A DNA stretch of 52,910 nt from Vicinamibacteraceae bacterium (lineage in GTDB: Bacteria; Acidobacteriota; Vicinamibacteria; Vicinamibacterales; JAFNAJ01). The DNA is taken from assembly GCA_023384595.1 (NCBI GenBank), contig JAHDVQ010000002.1:1-52910 (forward strand), given 5' to 3'. Numbering within the stretch: the first letter of the stretch is position 1; each line of letters opens with the position of its first letter. Shown here piece after piece: positions 43,431-52,910 of this stretch. Below the pieces are notes generated by a model, which was not told the origin of the DNA, did not search any database, and saw only the letters and a program-made list of their open reading frames with translations. A program made the position numbers and the translations under genes.

Positions 43431-44902
43431 GTGGTGAAGCTGGGGCTGCGCGCCAAGTTCTTTCTCTACTCGAACACCGTCATCGGCGTGACGATCGCGG
43501 TCGCCGTGGCGCTGGCGGTCATGCACGACCGGCAGGGGCACTACGAGGCCGCGCGCCGCCACGCGCGGCAACTGGCCGCGGTGCTCGCCATTCCGATCAC
43601 CGACGCGCTCATGTACGAGGACCTCGGCCTGGTGTCGGAGACGGGGCTCACCGACAACTACATCTCGGAGATCCTGTTGCAGGATCCCGAACGTCTGCGC
43701 TACGTGATGGTCGCCAATCCCGAGGGGACCATCACGCACTCGAACCGGTGGAGCCTGCTCGGGCAACGATTCGATCGCGCGCTCGGCGCCGAGGCCATCC
43801 CGGGCGGGGCGATCGTCGAGGAGCGGCTCGACGGCAAGGAGCGGCTGCTCGAGGTCCGGTATCCGCTGCACATCGCCTCGAAGTTCTGGGGCTCGGTGTC
43901 GCTCGGCTACTCGCTCATGCCCATCGAGCAGGAGCTCGCCGATTTCAAGTGGCGGCTGATCCAGACCGGGTTGTTGCTGATGTTGGCCAACTCGGTGCTC
44001 ACGGCGATCTACGTCGAGTCGCTGATTCGGCCCATCCTGCGGCTGAACGAGACCATGAAGGAGGCCGGCGAAGGCAACCTGGCCTCGCGCGTGTGGACGA
44101 GCCCTGGCGACGAGGTCGGAGAGCTCGGCGCCGCCTTCAACCGCATGATGGACCAGCTCGAAGAGGCGGGGCTGCGCGAACGCGTGCAGCAGGCGCAGCT
44201 GGCGCACACGGAGAAGATGGCGGCCGTCGGTGCGCTCGCCGCCGGCGTCGCGCACGAGGTCAACAACCCGCTCGCGGGGATCCTGAACTGCATCGAGAAC
44301 ATGCAGGCCGAACCGGACAACCGCGAGATGCGGGAGCGCTACCTCGTGCTCATCCACGACGGCCTGCGCCGCATCGAACGCACGGTGGTGAACCTGCTCG
44401 ACTTCTCGCGGCGCCGCGAGCTGCGGCTCGAGCCGACCTCCGTCAACAACTGCATCCGCCACGTCGTCGAGCTCGTCGACTACCAGCTGCGCAAGCAGCG
44501 CGTGACGCTCGAACTCGACCTGGATCAGGATGAACCGGCCATCCAGGGCGACCGGTTCCAGCTCGAGCAACTCTTCCTGAACCTGACGCTCAACGCGCTG
44601 CAGGCCATGCCTCAGGGCGGCACGCTGACAACGCGGACCCGCCGGATCGACGGCGTCGTCACCGCCACGGTCGAGGACACGGGCGTCGGCGTGCCCGCCG
44701 CGATCAGAGACCGCATCTTCGATCCGTTCTTCACGACCCGGGCCGTCGGCGAAGGGACCGGACTCGGGCTCTCGGTGAGCGATCGCATCGTCACCGCCCA
44801 CGGCGGCCGTATCGAGGTCGAGAGCACGCCCGGCAGCGGCTCGGTCTTCCGCGTGGTGCTGCCGGCACGGCTCCCGGCCCGCACCGAGAAGGAGATCCAC
44901 TC

Positions 44903-44906
<4 letters not shown>
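43431..44906 (+). CDS. sensor histidine kinase (periplasmic loop, HAMP, HisKA, HATPase_c)
   Basis: Two TM helices, HAMP domain (IRPILRLNETMKEAGEGNL), H-box AAGVAHEVNNPL, and G-boxes DTGVGV and GTGLGLSV. Confidence 0.9.
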
Positions 44907-46315
<1,409 letters not shown>

Positions 46316-46333
46316 CATCGGCGAGTCGCGGAA

Positions 46334-46349
46334 GTTACGGAGGGGTGAC
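46334..46349. promoter_or_regulatory. GTTAC-N6-GTGAC palindromic motif copy (candidate enhancer/UAS)
   Basis: aGTTACggagggGTGACg, centred about 93 bp upstream of the -24 GG at 46435. An AT-rich tract (46391-46420, tgcatataaaggtgttaacaaaagc) lies between the motif and the promoter. Confidence 0.5.
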
Positions 46350-46433
46350 GACGCATCCGGATCCACGTGATTGAAGCCCACCTAACTTCTTGCATATAAA
46401 GGTGTTAACAAAAGCTCAACCAGATTGAAGCCG

Positions 46434-46449
46434 GGGCATATCGCTTGCA
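46434..46449 (+). promoter_or_regulatory. sigma54 (-24/-12) promoter candidate for the porin gene
   Basis: gGGCATAtcgcTTGCAc, with GG at 46435-46436 and GC at 46447-46448. Confidence 0.6.
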
Positions 46450-46550
46450 CGGTTCAGCGTGGCCGAGTGATTTGACGACCTGCCTCGGGAGCCGAACGGG
46501 GACGTCCCAGCCGGCACCCGACAGGGCGGCCGAAGCATAGGAGTCCACGC

Positions 46551-48110
46551 ATGCGTTATCCGATGACGGCACTGGCGGCCTTCGCAGGCCTGCTGACGCT
46601 GTCGACCCTCCCATCTCTCGCGGCTGCCATGCCGCAGGCCACCGAGCCTGGCGTGTTGGCGGTCACCTCCGATCAAGCGGCGCCCGCCGATGCCACGAAG
46701 AAGGCTGAGCCGGCCGCGCCCCAGGCCACGGCGAAGGCGCCCGAGGGGCAGGCCAAGCCCGCCGACAAGCCGGCTGACAAGCCCGCAGACAAGCCGGCCG
46801 CCAAACCGAATCCCAATGCGCTGACCAAGAGCGCGTACGGCGGGGGATTTCGGCTCACCTCCGAGAACAACCGCTTCTCGCTGCGGATCATGGGCGCGGC
46901 CCAGTTCCGCTACACCTTCATGACCTTCGATGACGAGGTGAACGGCAACTCCGAGGACTACTCCAACTTCTTCATGCGCCGCGCCCGTATCTGGCTCGAT
47001 GGCCATGCCTATAGCCCGAAGTTCACGTACTCCCTGCACCTGCAGGTCGAACCGCAGCAGGCTGTGAACCTCCACGATGCCTGGATCAACTACGCGTTCA
47101 AGCCCATGCTCCAGCTCGGTCTTGGCCGCAACAAGGTGTCGTACGGCCTCGAGTTCCTGAACTCGGGCTTCGGCAACAACATGATCGATCGCTCCGTCAT
47201 GTCCGGTGAGACCGACATTACGAGCGGTGGCGGCCTGTCGAAGTTCCCCGGTGGCGGCACCGAGAACCTGGGCACCTCGGGTGAGGACGCGAACACCGGC
47301 TTCGCGGTGGGCGGCATGAACCTGTTCCGCTCGCAGGGCATCCAGCTCTCGGGACGCAACGGCAGCACGGGCCGCGTGTTCGAATACCAGCTCGGTGTGT
47401 GGCAGGGGCGCAACAGCAAGGGCACGAGCAATCCCGGCACCGACCACCTCTATACCGCGCGCGTTGGCTTCTATCCGAACGGCTTCATCAACTGGCTCTT
47501 CGCGGGCGACACGAGCGACACGCAGACGCTGCAGACCGGGTTCCTTGCCTCGGTCTATCGCGACACTCGTCCGAAGAAGACCAACGCATCCGGCGCGGCC
47601 GTGCCGCTCTACGACGGCAAGGACATGGGCGTGAACCTGGCGGCGATGGTTCGCTACCGTGGCTTCTCGACCGACGTCGAGTGGAGCCAGGAGCAGTACG
47701 AACTCGAGGATCGCACGCTCGTCGGCGAGAACGAGTTCGACCGCGCGGGCTTCAGGGTGCAGGCGGGCTATTTCGTCAAGCCGAAGCTCGTCGAGATCGT
47801 CGGCCGCTACGCGCAGCTGCAGCGGATCAAGGACCCCAGCATCGCCGCCGCGCGCAACTCCGGCCTCGGCTTTGCGAAGGTGCGGAATTCGGCGGGCGTG
47901 TTCCAGGATGCGGTCGAAAAGAACATCCGTGAGTACACGGTCGGCGCGAACTACTACCTGTCGGGCGCGGCGCACCAGCACAAGGTGTTCGTCGACTACT
48001 CCTACCTGACGAGGGAGTTCGAAGGCTTCGTGAGCGGCAGCAATCTGGCGGGGTCAGTGCCCGACCAGGGCGATCATCGCTTCCGCACGATGCTGCAGCT
48101 GAAGTTCTGA
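46551..48110 (+). CDS. OprO/OprP-family (phosphate/anion-selective) outer-membrane porin
   Basis: Signal peptide, a (KPAD)n linker encoded by a 12-bp repeat (46755-46802), beta-strand-alternating sequence, and a C-terminal ...MLQLKF. Confidence 0.8.
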   Translation: MRYPMTALAAFAGLLTLSTLPSLAAAMPQATEPGVLAVTSDQAAPADATKKAEPAAPQATAKAPEGQAKPADKPADKPADKPAAKPNPNALTKSAYGGGFRLTSENNRFSLRIMGAAQFRYTFMTFDDEVNGNSEDYSNFFMRRARIWLDGHAYSPKFTYSLHLQVEPQQAVNLHDAWINYAFKPMLQLGLGRNKVSYGLEFLNSGFGNNMIDRSVMSGETDITSGGGLSKFPGGGTENLGTSGEDANTGFAVGGMNLFRSQGIQLSGRNGSTGRVFEYQLGVWQGRNSKGTSNPGTDHLYTARVGFYPNGFINWLFAGDTSDTQTLQTGFLASVYRDTRPKKTNASGAAVPLYDGKDMGVNLAAMVRYRGFSTDVEWSQEQYELEDRTLVGENEFDRAGFRVQAGYFVKPKLVEIVGRYAQLQRIKDPSIAAARNSGLGFAKVRNSAGVFQDAVEKNIREYTVGANYYLSGAAHQHKVFVDYSYLTREFEGFVSGSNLAGSVPDQGDHRFRTMLQLKF

Positions 48111-48146
48111 CGCCGCGGCGATCGGCCACCGCTTCGGCCGTACGTG

Positions 48147-48180
48147 CGAAGGGCGGGACGCGCCAGCGCCCCGCCCTTCG
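48147..48180 (+). terminator. GC-rich hairpin after the porin gene
   Basis: cgaagggcggg-(12 nt)-cccgcccttcg, an 11-bp stem. Confidence 0.5.
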
Positions 48181-48188
48181 TGCGTAAA

Positions 48189-48257
48189 GGGGTCGGGAGT
48201 ATTTTCAGTTTTTGCCATCACCCCTCCATGGCAAAAACTGAAAATACTCCCGACCCC
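48189..48257. repeat. perfect 30-bp inverted repeat with a 9-nt spacer, AT-rich relative to its surroundings
   Basis: ggggtcgggagtattttcagtttttgccat-cacccctcc-atggcaaaaactgaaaatactcccgacccc. It lies between two convergent genes. Confidence 0.95.
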
Positions 48258-48260
48258 GTG

Positions 48261-48890
48261 TCAGCGTACCGTCCGCCGCAGCCGCAGGGCCACGCCCGTG
48301 AGGCCCAGCCCCAAGAGCACGAGCACGGCGGGCTCCGGGATCGCCGAGCGGCTGAAGTCGAGCCCCTTGAGGAGGAAGTCGGAGCCCGCGCGACCGTAGC
48401 CGAAGAACTTCACGCTCGTCACCGGCATGCTCTCGTCGAACCAGAGGCTGAGGCCGCTCGACGCCGTGCGCAGGGCACTCACGCCCGTGTCCGCCGCGCA
48501 GTACTGCTGGGCGGGACCGTCGTTGACGCTGTACCACGCGCAGCGCGTGGCCGCCCGGAAGCCAAAGACGGGCGCCTCGACCACGCCGAAGTCCGACAGG
48601 TGAATCGCACTCAGGCGAACCGCCTCGTTAAAGGTGACGCTCATCCAGTCGGACGTCTCCTCCCCTCCGGCGACACCCACGCCGGAACCCTCGCTCCAGG
48701 TGAGCGAGGCGCTCGGCGCGGCAGCCCGTACACCCACGGCGACGCCCTCGGCCTGGGTGATGCAGGCCTGAAGACCGTCGCAGGGCGCGCCAGTGACTGC
48801 GTCGAGGAAACTGACCGACGTCGCCTCGGCAGCCGGGAGGCCAACTCCGAGGACCGCCGCCGCTATCGTGCCGATAAGGGTATGCTTCAT
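48261..48890 (-). CDS. PEP-CTERM sorting-domain secreted protein
   Basis: Internal start MKHTLIGTIAAAVLGVGLPAAEA (signal peptide). C-terminus IPEPAVLVLLGLGLTGVALRLRR (PEP motif, TM helix, Arg cluster). The sequence upstream of this Met in the track ORF is low-GC3 and non-coding-like. Confidence 0.85.
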   Translation of the reverse strand: MKHTLIGTIAAAVLGVGLPAAEATSVSFLDAVTGAPCDGLQACITQAEGVAVGVRAAAPSASLTWSEGSGVGVAGGEETSDWMSVTFNEAVRLSAIHLSDFGVVEAPVFGFRAATRCAWYSVNDGPAQQYCAADTGVSALRTASSGLSLWFDESMPVTSVKFFGYGRAGSDFLLKGLDFSRSAIPEPAVLVLLGLGLTGVALRLRRTVR

Positions 48891-48933
48891 CTGGTCAGAC
48901 GCGGGGGGATAACCCGCCACCTGCCCATTTCCG

Positions 48934-48950
48934 TGCAAAGCCGATTCCAA
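48934..48950 (-). promoter_or_regulatory. candidate sigma54 promoter, minus strand, for the PEP-CTERM gene
   Basis: The minus strand reads TGGAATcggctTTGCAc with correct GG-N10-GC spacing, about 45 nt upstream of the start at 48890. Confidence 0.35.
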
Positions 48951-49098
48951 AACTGTAACCACTCCGCCGTTTGAGGAAAGCAGTCTATTTGCGGAGCGAA
49001 TTGGCCCCGGCCATGCATCGGCCGAGACGGTTCCGTGATTACTGCTCGGGTTAGAAGAGTGTACCGGTGAAGAGTTAAGTCTCCATGGGAGAAGAACC

Positions 49099-52000
49099 TT
49101 GACGCCACCTCTGGAATATCTACTTATCAGGCGACTCCTGTCGCTCACGACGGTTCCGCTCCTCCTGCTGGCCGTCGAGGCCGCCACCCAGACGCGGACA
49201 TCTACGCTCCCCTCAACACCCGACACTCATCTGGTGATACCCACGCCTGGTCCCGGCACCGGCCAAGATCTTGGCCGCACCGGCCAAGATCTTGGCCGGT
49301 CGAGCACCGCACTCAGCCTCCCGATCGCCTTCGAGGAGCGCCGGCACCAGCTCCCCCATCTCGATGACGACGTCCGCTTCATCGCGCGCGGCGCACGGTC
49401 CACGACGCTGCTCGGTGCCCGCGGAGCGACCATGCTCGTGCGGGCGCGGGATGGCCGCCGCGCCGCCCTCGACGTGACCTTTGCTGGTGCGGCCGAGACC
49501 AGGGCTGTCGGCGAGGGGACGCCCGCGCACGTGCATTACCTGCGCGGGCCCCGGCGCGAGTGGCACCGGGAAATCCCGGCGTACCCCCGTGTACGGTATG
49601 CAGACGTCTATCAGGGGATCGATGTCGCGTTCTACTCCACGGCCGGAGAACTCGAATTCGACTTCGAGGTCGCCCCAGGAGCCGACCCCTCGCAGGCGCG
49701 CCTTCACTACGCGGGCCACGACCGACTCGAGCTGACGCGCGAGGGCGACCTGCTGATTCAGACTTCGGCAGGCACCCTTCTGCAGCGCCGTCCCCTGGCA
49801 TACCAGCCGGCCGAATCCGGAGGGCGCGACATGGTGCGGGCCGACTATGTGATCGCCCGCTCGGGCGAGGTCGGCATTGCCCTCGGGGCGTACGACAGCT
49901 CGCGGCCGCTCGTCATCGACCCGATCCTCACGCGTCTGTTCTCGACGTACCTGGGTGGCAGCGGCGACGAAGCCATCATCGAGGGCGTGTCCGAGCTGAA
50001 CATCCACGGCCTCATCACCACGGTGCCGGGCACCATCATCGTCACCGGCGAAACGCAGAGCGCGACGCTTGGGAACTTCGGCGGCGCCGTCACCAACATC
50101 GGCCCCCAGGGCGACTACGACGCGTTCATCGCGCGCCTCGACGAGGATGGCGACACGCTGCTCTCGCTGACGTTCCTGGGAGGCTCGGGCACCGAGTTGC
50201 AGGTGGCGGCCGCCACCGATTCGGCCGGCAACATCTACGTGGGTGGCCGCACCTCGTCCACCGACCTGCCCATCACGGCTGGCGCGTTCGGCTGGGGCGG
50301 CGACCCGGCGGGGCCGAACGCCTTCGACGGCTTCGTCGCGAAGCTCTCGGCGTCGGCGGCCTCGGTGTCCTACCTCACCTACCTGGGCGGGCCCGCCGCC
50401 GACGCAGTCAGCGCCATTGCCGTCACGGCCGACGGCGTGCTCGCCGCGACCGGCACGACCGCCTCGACCACCTTCGCCGGCACTCCGCGCTCGGCCCCGG
50501 CGAGCTTCGACGCCTTTGTCGCGACCTTCACCGCGACCGGTGCGCTCACGGCCACCACCTTCATCGTCGGCCCGACGCTCTACGACCACGGCTTTGCCGT
50601 CGACTTCGCGCCGGGCGGCGACATCGTGGTCGCCGGCACCGTCTCGCCGAGCGTCTCGGCCGAGAACTTCCCCATCGCGCCCTACGCGCGGGGCGGCACC
50701 CGCGACGCGTTCGTCGCGCGCTACTCTGCCGACCTCCAGACGCGGCGTTTCCTGGCACCCTTCGGCGGCGACGGCGACGAAATTGCCCGCGTCACGGTGG
50801 ACGCGTCGGGACGTGCGTACGTCTATGGCGCCACGGGATCGACCGACTTCGCCGTGATCAACCAGCTGCCCGGGCAGACCGTCCCGGGCGCGAATCAGCT
50901 TCGCGGGTTCCTGATGCGCCTTGTCTACAGCGGCGTGCAGGGGGAACAACCGACGGTCGAGTACCTGGTGACGCTCGGCAGCGAGGGCCTCACGCAGGTG
51001 TTTGGCGCCGTGCCGGATGCGGCGGGCGACGTCTGGACGGGCGGCCTCACCTTTGGCACCGGCGGGTCGTTCCCTGTCACGCCCGACGGGCTCGACACCA
51101 CCGCCTCCACGGGCGAGGAGGGCTTCCTCGTCCGCCTGAAGCTGCCGCCGGTGGTCAACGGCGTCCCGTCGGAGGCGCCGTCGGTCGTGTACGGCACCTT
51201 CATCGGCGGGGCCGGCAAGGACGCCGTGATCAACCTCGCGCCCAACGCGCTCGGCGATCTGATCGTGCTCGGGCGCACCTCCACGAGCACGCCCGCCGAT
51301 CTCTTCATCGGGAACCTGCTCGCGCCGAGCGTGGCGCAGGACACGTACGGGGGCGGCACCAACGACATGTTCGTGATGCGCATCGGCGTGGACCTCGACG
51401 GCGACGGCCTGTTCGACGGGCACGACGAGGATGGGGACGGCATCACCAATGCCGACGAGGTGGCCAACGGGACGGACCCGACGGCCGCCGAGCTCTACTT
51501 CGCGGAGGGCTCGCTCACCGGCGTCGGCGCCGGCCGCTTCGAGACGCGCTTCTCGATCTTCAACCCGAACGCGGTGCTCTCGGTGAACGTGACGCTTCGC
51601 TTCCAGGTGGAAGGCGGCGGGGAGATCACCGACGTGCTCTCGCTCGGCCCGCTCGAGCGCCGCTCCATCGATACGTCGGTCTCGTATCCCGCGCTCCAGA
51701 GCTACACCGGCTTCTCGACGGTCATCGAAGGCCGCCTGGCCGGAACCACCACGGGGCCGAAGTTCAACATCGTCGCCGAGCGCACGATGACATGGCAGCG
51801 CGGAGGCGCGCACGACGGCTATGCGAGCCACGCCGAGACGGCCGTGCGCCGGCCGGCCACGCGCTGGTACCTCGCGGAAGGCGCGACCTTCGGAGCGTTT
51901 CAGCTGTACTACCTTCTGCAGAACCCGAACCCGGCGGCGGCGCAGACCTCGATCCGCTACTTCTTCGCGAGCGGCGCGCCGTGCACCGTGGCCGTCAACG

Positions 52001-52910
52001 TGCCCGCGCTCTCGCGGAAGACGCTGCTCATCAACACGGAACTGCCGTCGCAGTGCGGGCGCGGTGGCACGGACGTGTCGGCCGAGATCACCTCCGACCA
52101 GCCGATCATCGTCGAGCGAGCGATGTATCTCGACGATGGCGCCGGTCCACGGCCGCGGTTCTACGCGGGGCACGAGGCGGCGGGCATCCTCGAGCCGCAG
52201 TCACGCTGGTTCTTCGCCGAGGGCGCGACCGGATCGTTCTTCGACACCTACCTGCTCGTGCTCAACCAGGAGGCGGTGCCCCTCGACCTGCGCTTCACGT
52301 TCCTCAGGCAGAACCAGCCCGACGTGAGCGTCGTGCGTCAGGTGCCGGCGAACTCGCGCAACACCTATCATCTCGACGTGCTCAGCGAGGGCGGCAGCTT
52401 CGTCGTGCCCAACGAAGGCGGCGTGTCATCGATTGTCGAGGTGCTCACGCCCAACCGGGCGGTCATTGCCGAGCGGGCGATGTGGTGGCCCGGCCCGAAG
52501 TACGCGACCTTCGGTCCTGGCGACCCCCAGCCGCTCTGGGAAGAGGCGCACGTCAGCGCGGGCGCGACCGGGACGAGCACGCTCTGGGCGATCGCCGACG
52601 GCGAGGCGCAGGGCGCCACGGCGACGCAGACCTACGCGCTCATCTCCAACACCTCCGGTGCCGCCACTCGCGTCCGCGTCACGCTCGCCTTCACCGAGGG
52701 CGGCGTCGTCAATACGCTCACGCGCGACTTCTGCGTGGCGGCCAAGGCTCGCGAGACGCTGGAGTTCCCGTCGCCATCGCTCGACAAGTACGTGGGCACG
52801 ACGCCGTCGACGTGCGGGCGCACGGCGGTCGACAACTTCGCCTCGGCGTTCACCAGCCCGAGCGTCCGCAAGCGGTTCTCGATCACGCTCGAGTCGTTTG
52901 GCGTCGGCGA
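49099..52910 (+). CDS. large secreted protein: DUF7948-like N-terminus, SBBP beta-propeller repeats, a thrombospondin-type-3-like Asp-rich Ca-binding motif, and repeated C-terminal WxxAEGAT modules (3' end runs off the right edge)
   Basis: Absent from the ORF track because it has no stop in the window. Manual translation from the TTG at 49099 (RBS gggaga) gives the signal RRLLSLTTVPLLLLAVEAATQ, then LPIAFEERRHQ...VRFIARG, several DAFVA(K/R/T) repeats, DLDGDGLFDGHDEDGDGITNADE, then RWYLAEGATFGAFQLYYLLQNPN and RWFFAEGATGSFFDTYLLVLNQ. The frame is open to the end of the window. Confidence 0.8.
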   Translation, partial: MTPPLEYLLIRRLLSLTTVPLLLLAVEAATQTRTSTLPSTPDTHLVIPTPGPGTGQDLGRTGQDLGRSSTALSLPIAFEERRHQLPHLDDDVRFIARGARSTTLLGARGATMLVRARDGRRAALDVTFAGAAETRAVGEGTPAHVHYLRGPRREWHREIPAYPRVRYADVYQGIDVAFYSTAGELEFDFEVAPGADPSQARLHYAGHDRLELTREGDLLIQTSAGTLLQRRPLAYQPAESGGRDMVRADYVIARSGEVGIALGAYDSSRPLVIDPILTRLFSTYLGGSGDEAIIEGVSELNIHGLITTVPGTIIVTGETQSATLGNFGGAVTNIGPQGDYDAFIARLDEDGDTLLSLTFLGGSGTELQVAAATDSAGNIYVGGRTSSTDLPITAGAFGWGGDPAGPNAFDGFVAKLSASAASVSYLTYLGGPAADAVSAIAVTADGVLAATGTTASTTFAGTPRSAPASFDAFVATFTATGALTATTFIVGPTLYDHGFAVDFAPGGDIVVAGTVSPSVSAENFPIAPYARGGTRDAFVARYSADLQTRRFLAPFGGDGDEIARVTVDASGRAYVYGATGSTDFAVINQLPGQTVPGANQLRGFLMRLVYSGVQGEQPTVEYLVTLGSEGLTQVFGAVPDAAGDVWTGGLTFGTGGSFPVTPDGLDTTASTGEEGFLVRLKLPPVVNGVPSEAPSVVYGTFIGGAGKDAVINLAPNALGDLIVLGRTSTSTPADLFIGNLLAPSVAQDTYGGGTNDMFVMRIGVDLDGDGLFDGHDEDGDGITNADEVANGTDPTAAELYFAEGSLTGVGAGRFETRFSIFNPNAVLSVNVTLRFQVEGGGEITDVLSLGPLERRSIDTSVSYPALQSYTGFSTVIEGRLAGTTTGPKFNIVAERTMTWQRGGAHDGYASHAETAVRRPATRWYLAEGATFGAFQLYYLLQNPNPAAAQTSIRYFFASGAPCTVAVNVPALSRKTLLINTELPSQCGRGGTDVSAEITSDQPIIVERAMYLDDGAGPRPRFYAGHEAAGILEPQSRWFFAEGATGSFFDTYLLVLNQEAVPLDLRFTFLRQNQPDVSVVRQVPANSRNTYHLDVLSEGGSFVVPNEGGVSSIVEVLTPNRAVIAERAMWWPGPKYATFGPGDPQPLWEEAHVSAGATGTSTLWAIADGEAQGATATQTYALISNTSGAATRVRVTLAFTEGGVVNTLTRDFCVAAKARETLEFPSPSLDKYVGTTPSTCGRTAVDNFASAFTSPSVRKRFSITLESFGVG
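49257..49298. repeat. perfect 2 x 21-bp tandem duplication, each unit containing the 18-bp palindrome CGGCCAAGATCTTGGCCG
   Basis: caccggccaagatcttggccg occurs twice. It is in frame and encodes TGQDLGR twice, just after the predicted signal peptide. Confidence 0.95.

Noticed and set aside
46380-46425. AT-rich tract upstream of the porin promoter as a possible mobile-element end or sRNA
   Set aside because: It is too short and has no flanking repeats. Its position between the enhancer-like palindrome and the -24 element fits an architectural (IHF-like) bending site better. It is not supported strongly enough to call as a feature.
48144-48974. 276-aa + strand ORF and the 110-aa ORF at 48205..48537
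   Set aside because: They span the hairpins and run antisense to the PEP-CTERM gene. The apparent MAKTENTPDP start is simply the right arm of the 30-bp inverted repeat.
49002-49017. TGGCCCCggccATGCA upstream of the SBBP gene
   Set aside because: The spacing is correct but the -12 element is weak (ATGC) and no enhancer motif is present. It is kept only as a low-probability possibility.
49213-52173. 986-aa minus-strand ORF
   Set aside because: It is antisense to the hand-translated SBBP protein gene. It is Arg/Gly-rich and has no recognisable motifs.

Overview
High-GC (roughly 70%) bacterial chromosome segment, probably from an Acidobacteriota-like lineage (inferred from PEP-CTERM, SBBP and TIGR03790-like genes). 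Almost all genes are on the + strand, and the window is dominated by a dissimilatory sulfur-metabolism island. Its modules, in order, are: (1) a sigma54 activator and an orphan receiver. (2) A NuoEFG-like flavoprotein module next to a GltD-HdrD fusion, followed by a two-component pair. (3) A secreted rhodanese, a TVP38 membrane protein and a degenerate ParA-like protein. (4) Citrate synthase. (5) An Hmc-like membrane redox complex whose NrfD subunit is fused to a six-heme cytochrome c. (6) An operon of a YeiH-like transporter, dsrA, dsrB, dsrD, a helical ORF, dsrL, dsrN, HEAT and TPR proteins, and dsrC. (7) An operon of a dsrT-like gene, dsrMKJOP, a CoA-disulfide-reductase/rhodanese fusion, hemA, a siroheme-synthase/HemD fusion, a PhnD-like binding protein, a histidine kinase and an NtrC-type regulator. 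(8) An OprO/P-type porin, a PEP-CTERM protein and a large secreted beta-propeller protein. I saw no rRNA, tRNA, CRISPR array or IS/transposase. The main non-coding result is regulatory. Six well-spaced -24/-12 (sigma54) promoter matches precede the + strand sulfur operons, and each is accompanied by a copy of the palindrome GTTAC-N6-GTRAC, a candidate enhancer site. Other oddities are two AGGCT-based microsatellites inside the operons, a perfect 30-bp inverted repeat, and twin 18-bp palindromes inside a coding region. The genes at both window edges have no stop codon inside the window, so they are absent from the ORF track and I translated them by hand. Many long ORFs in the track are antisense or out-of-frame shadows typical of high-GC DNA.
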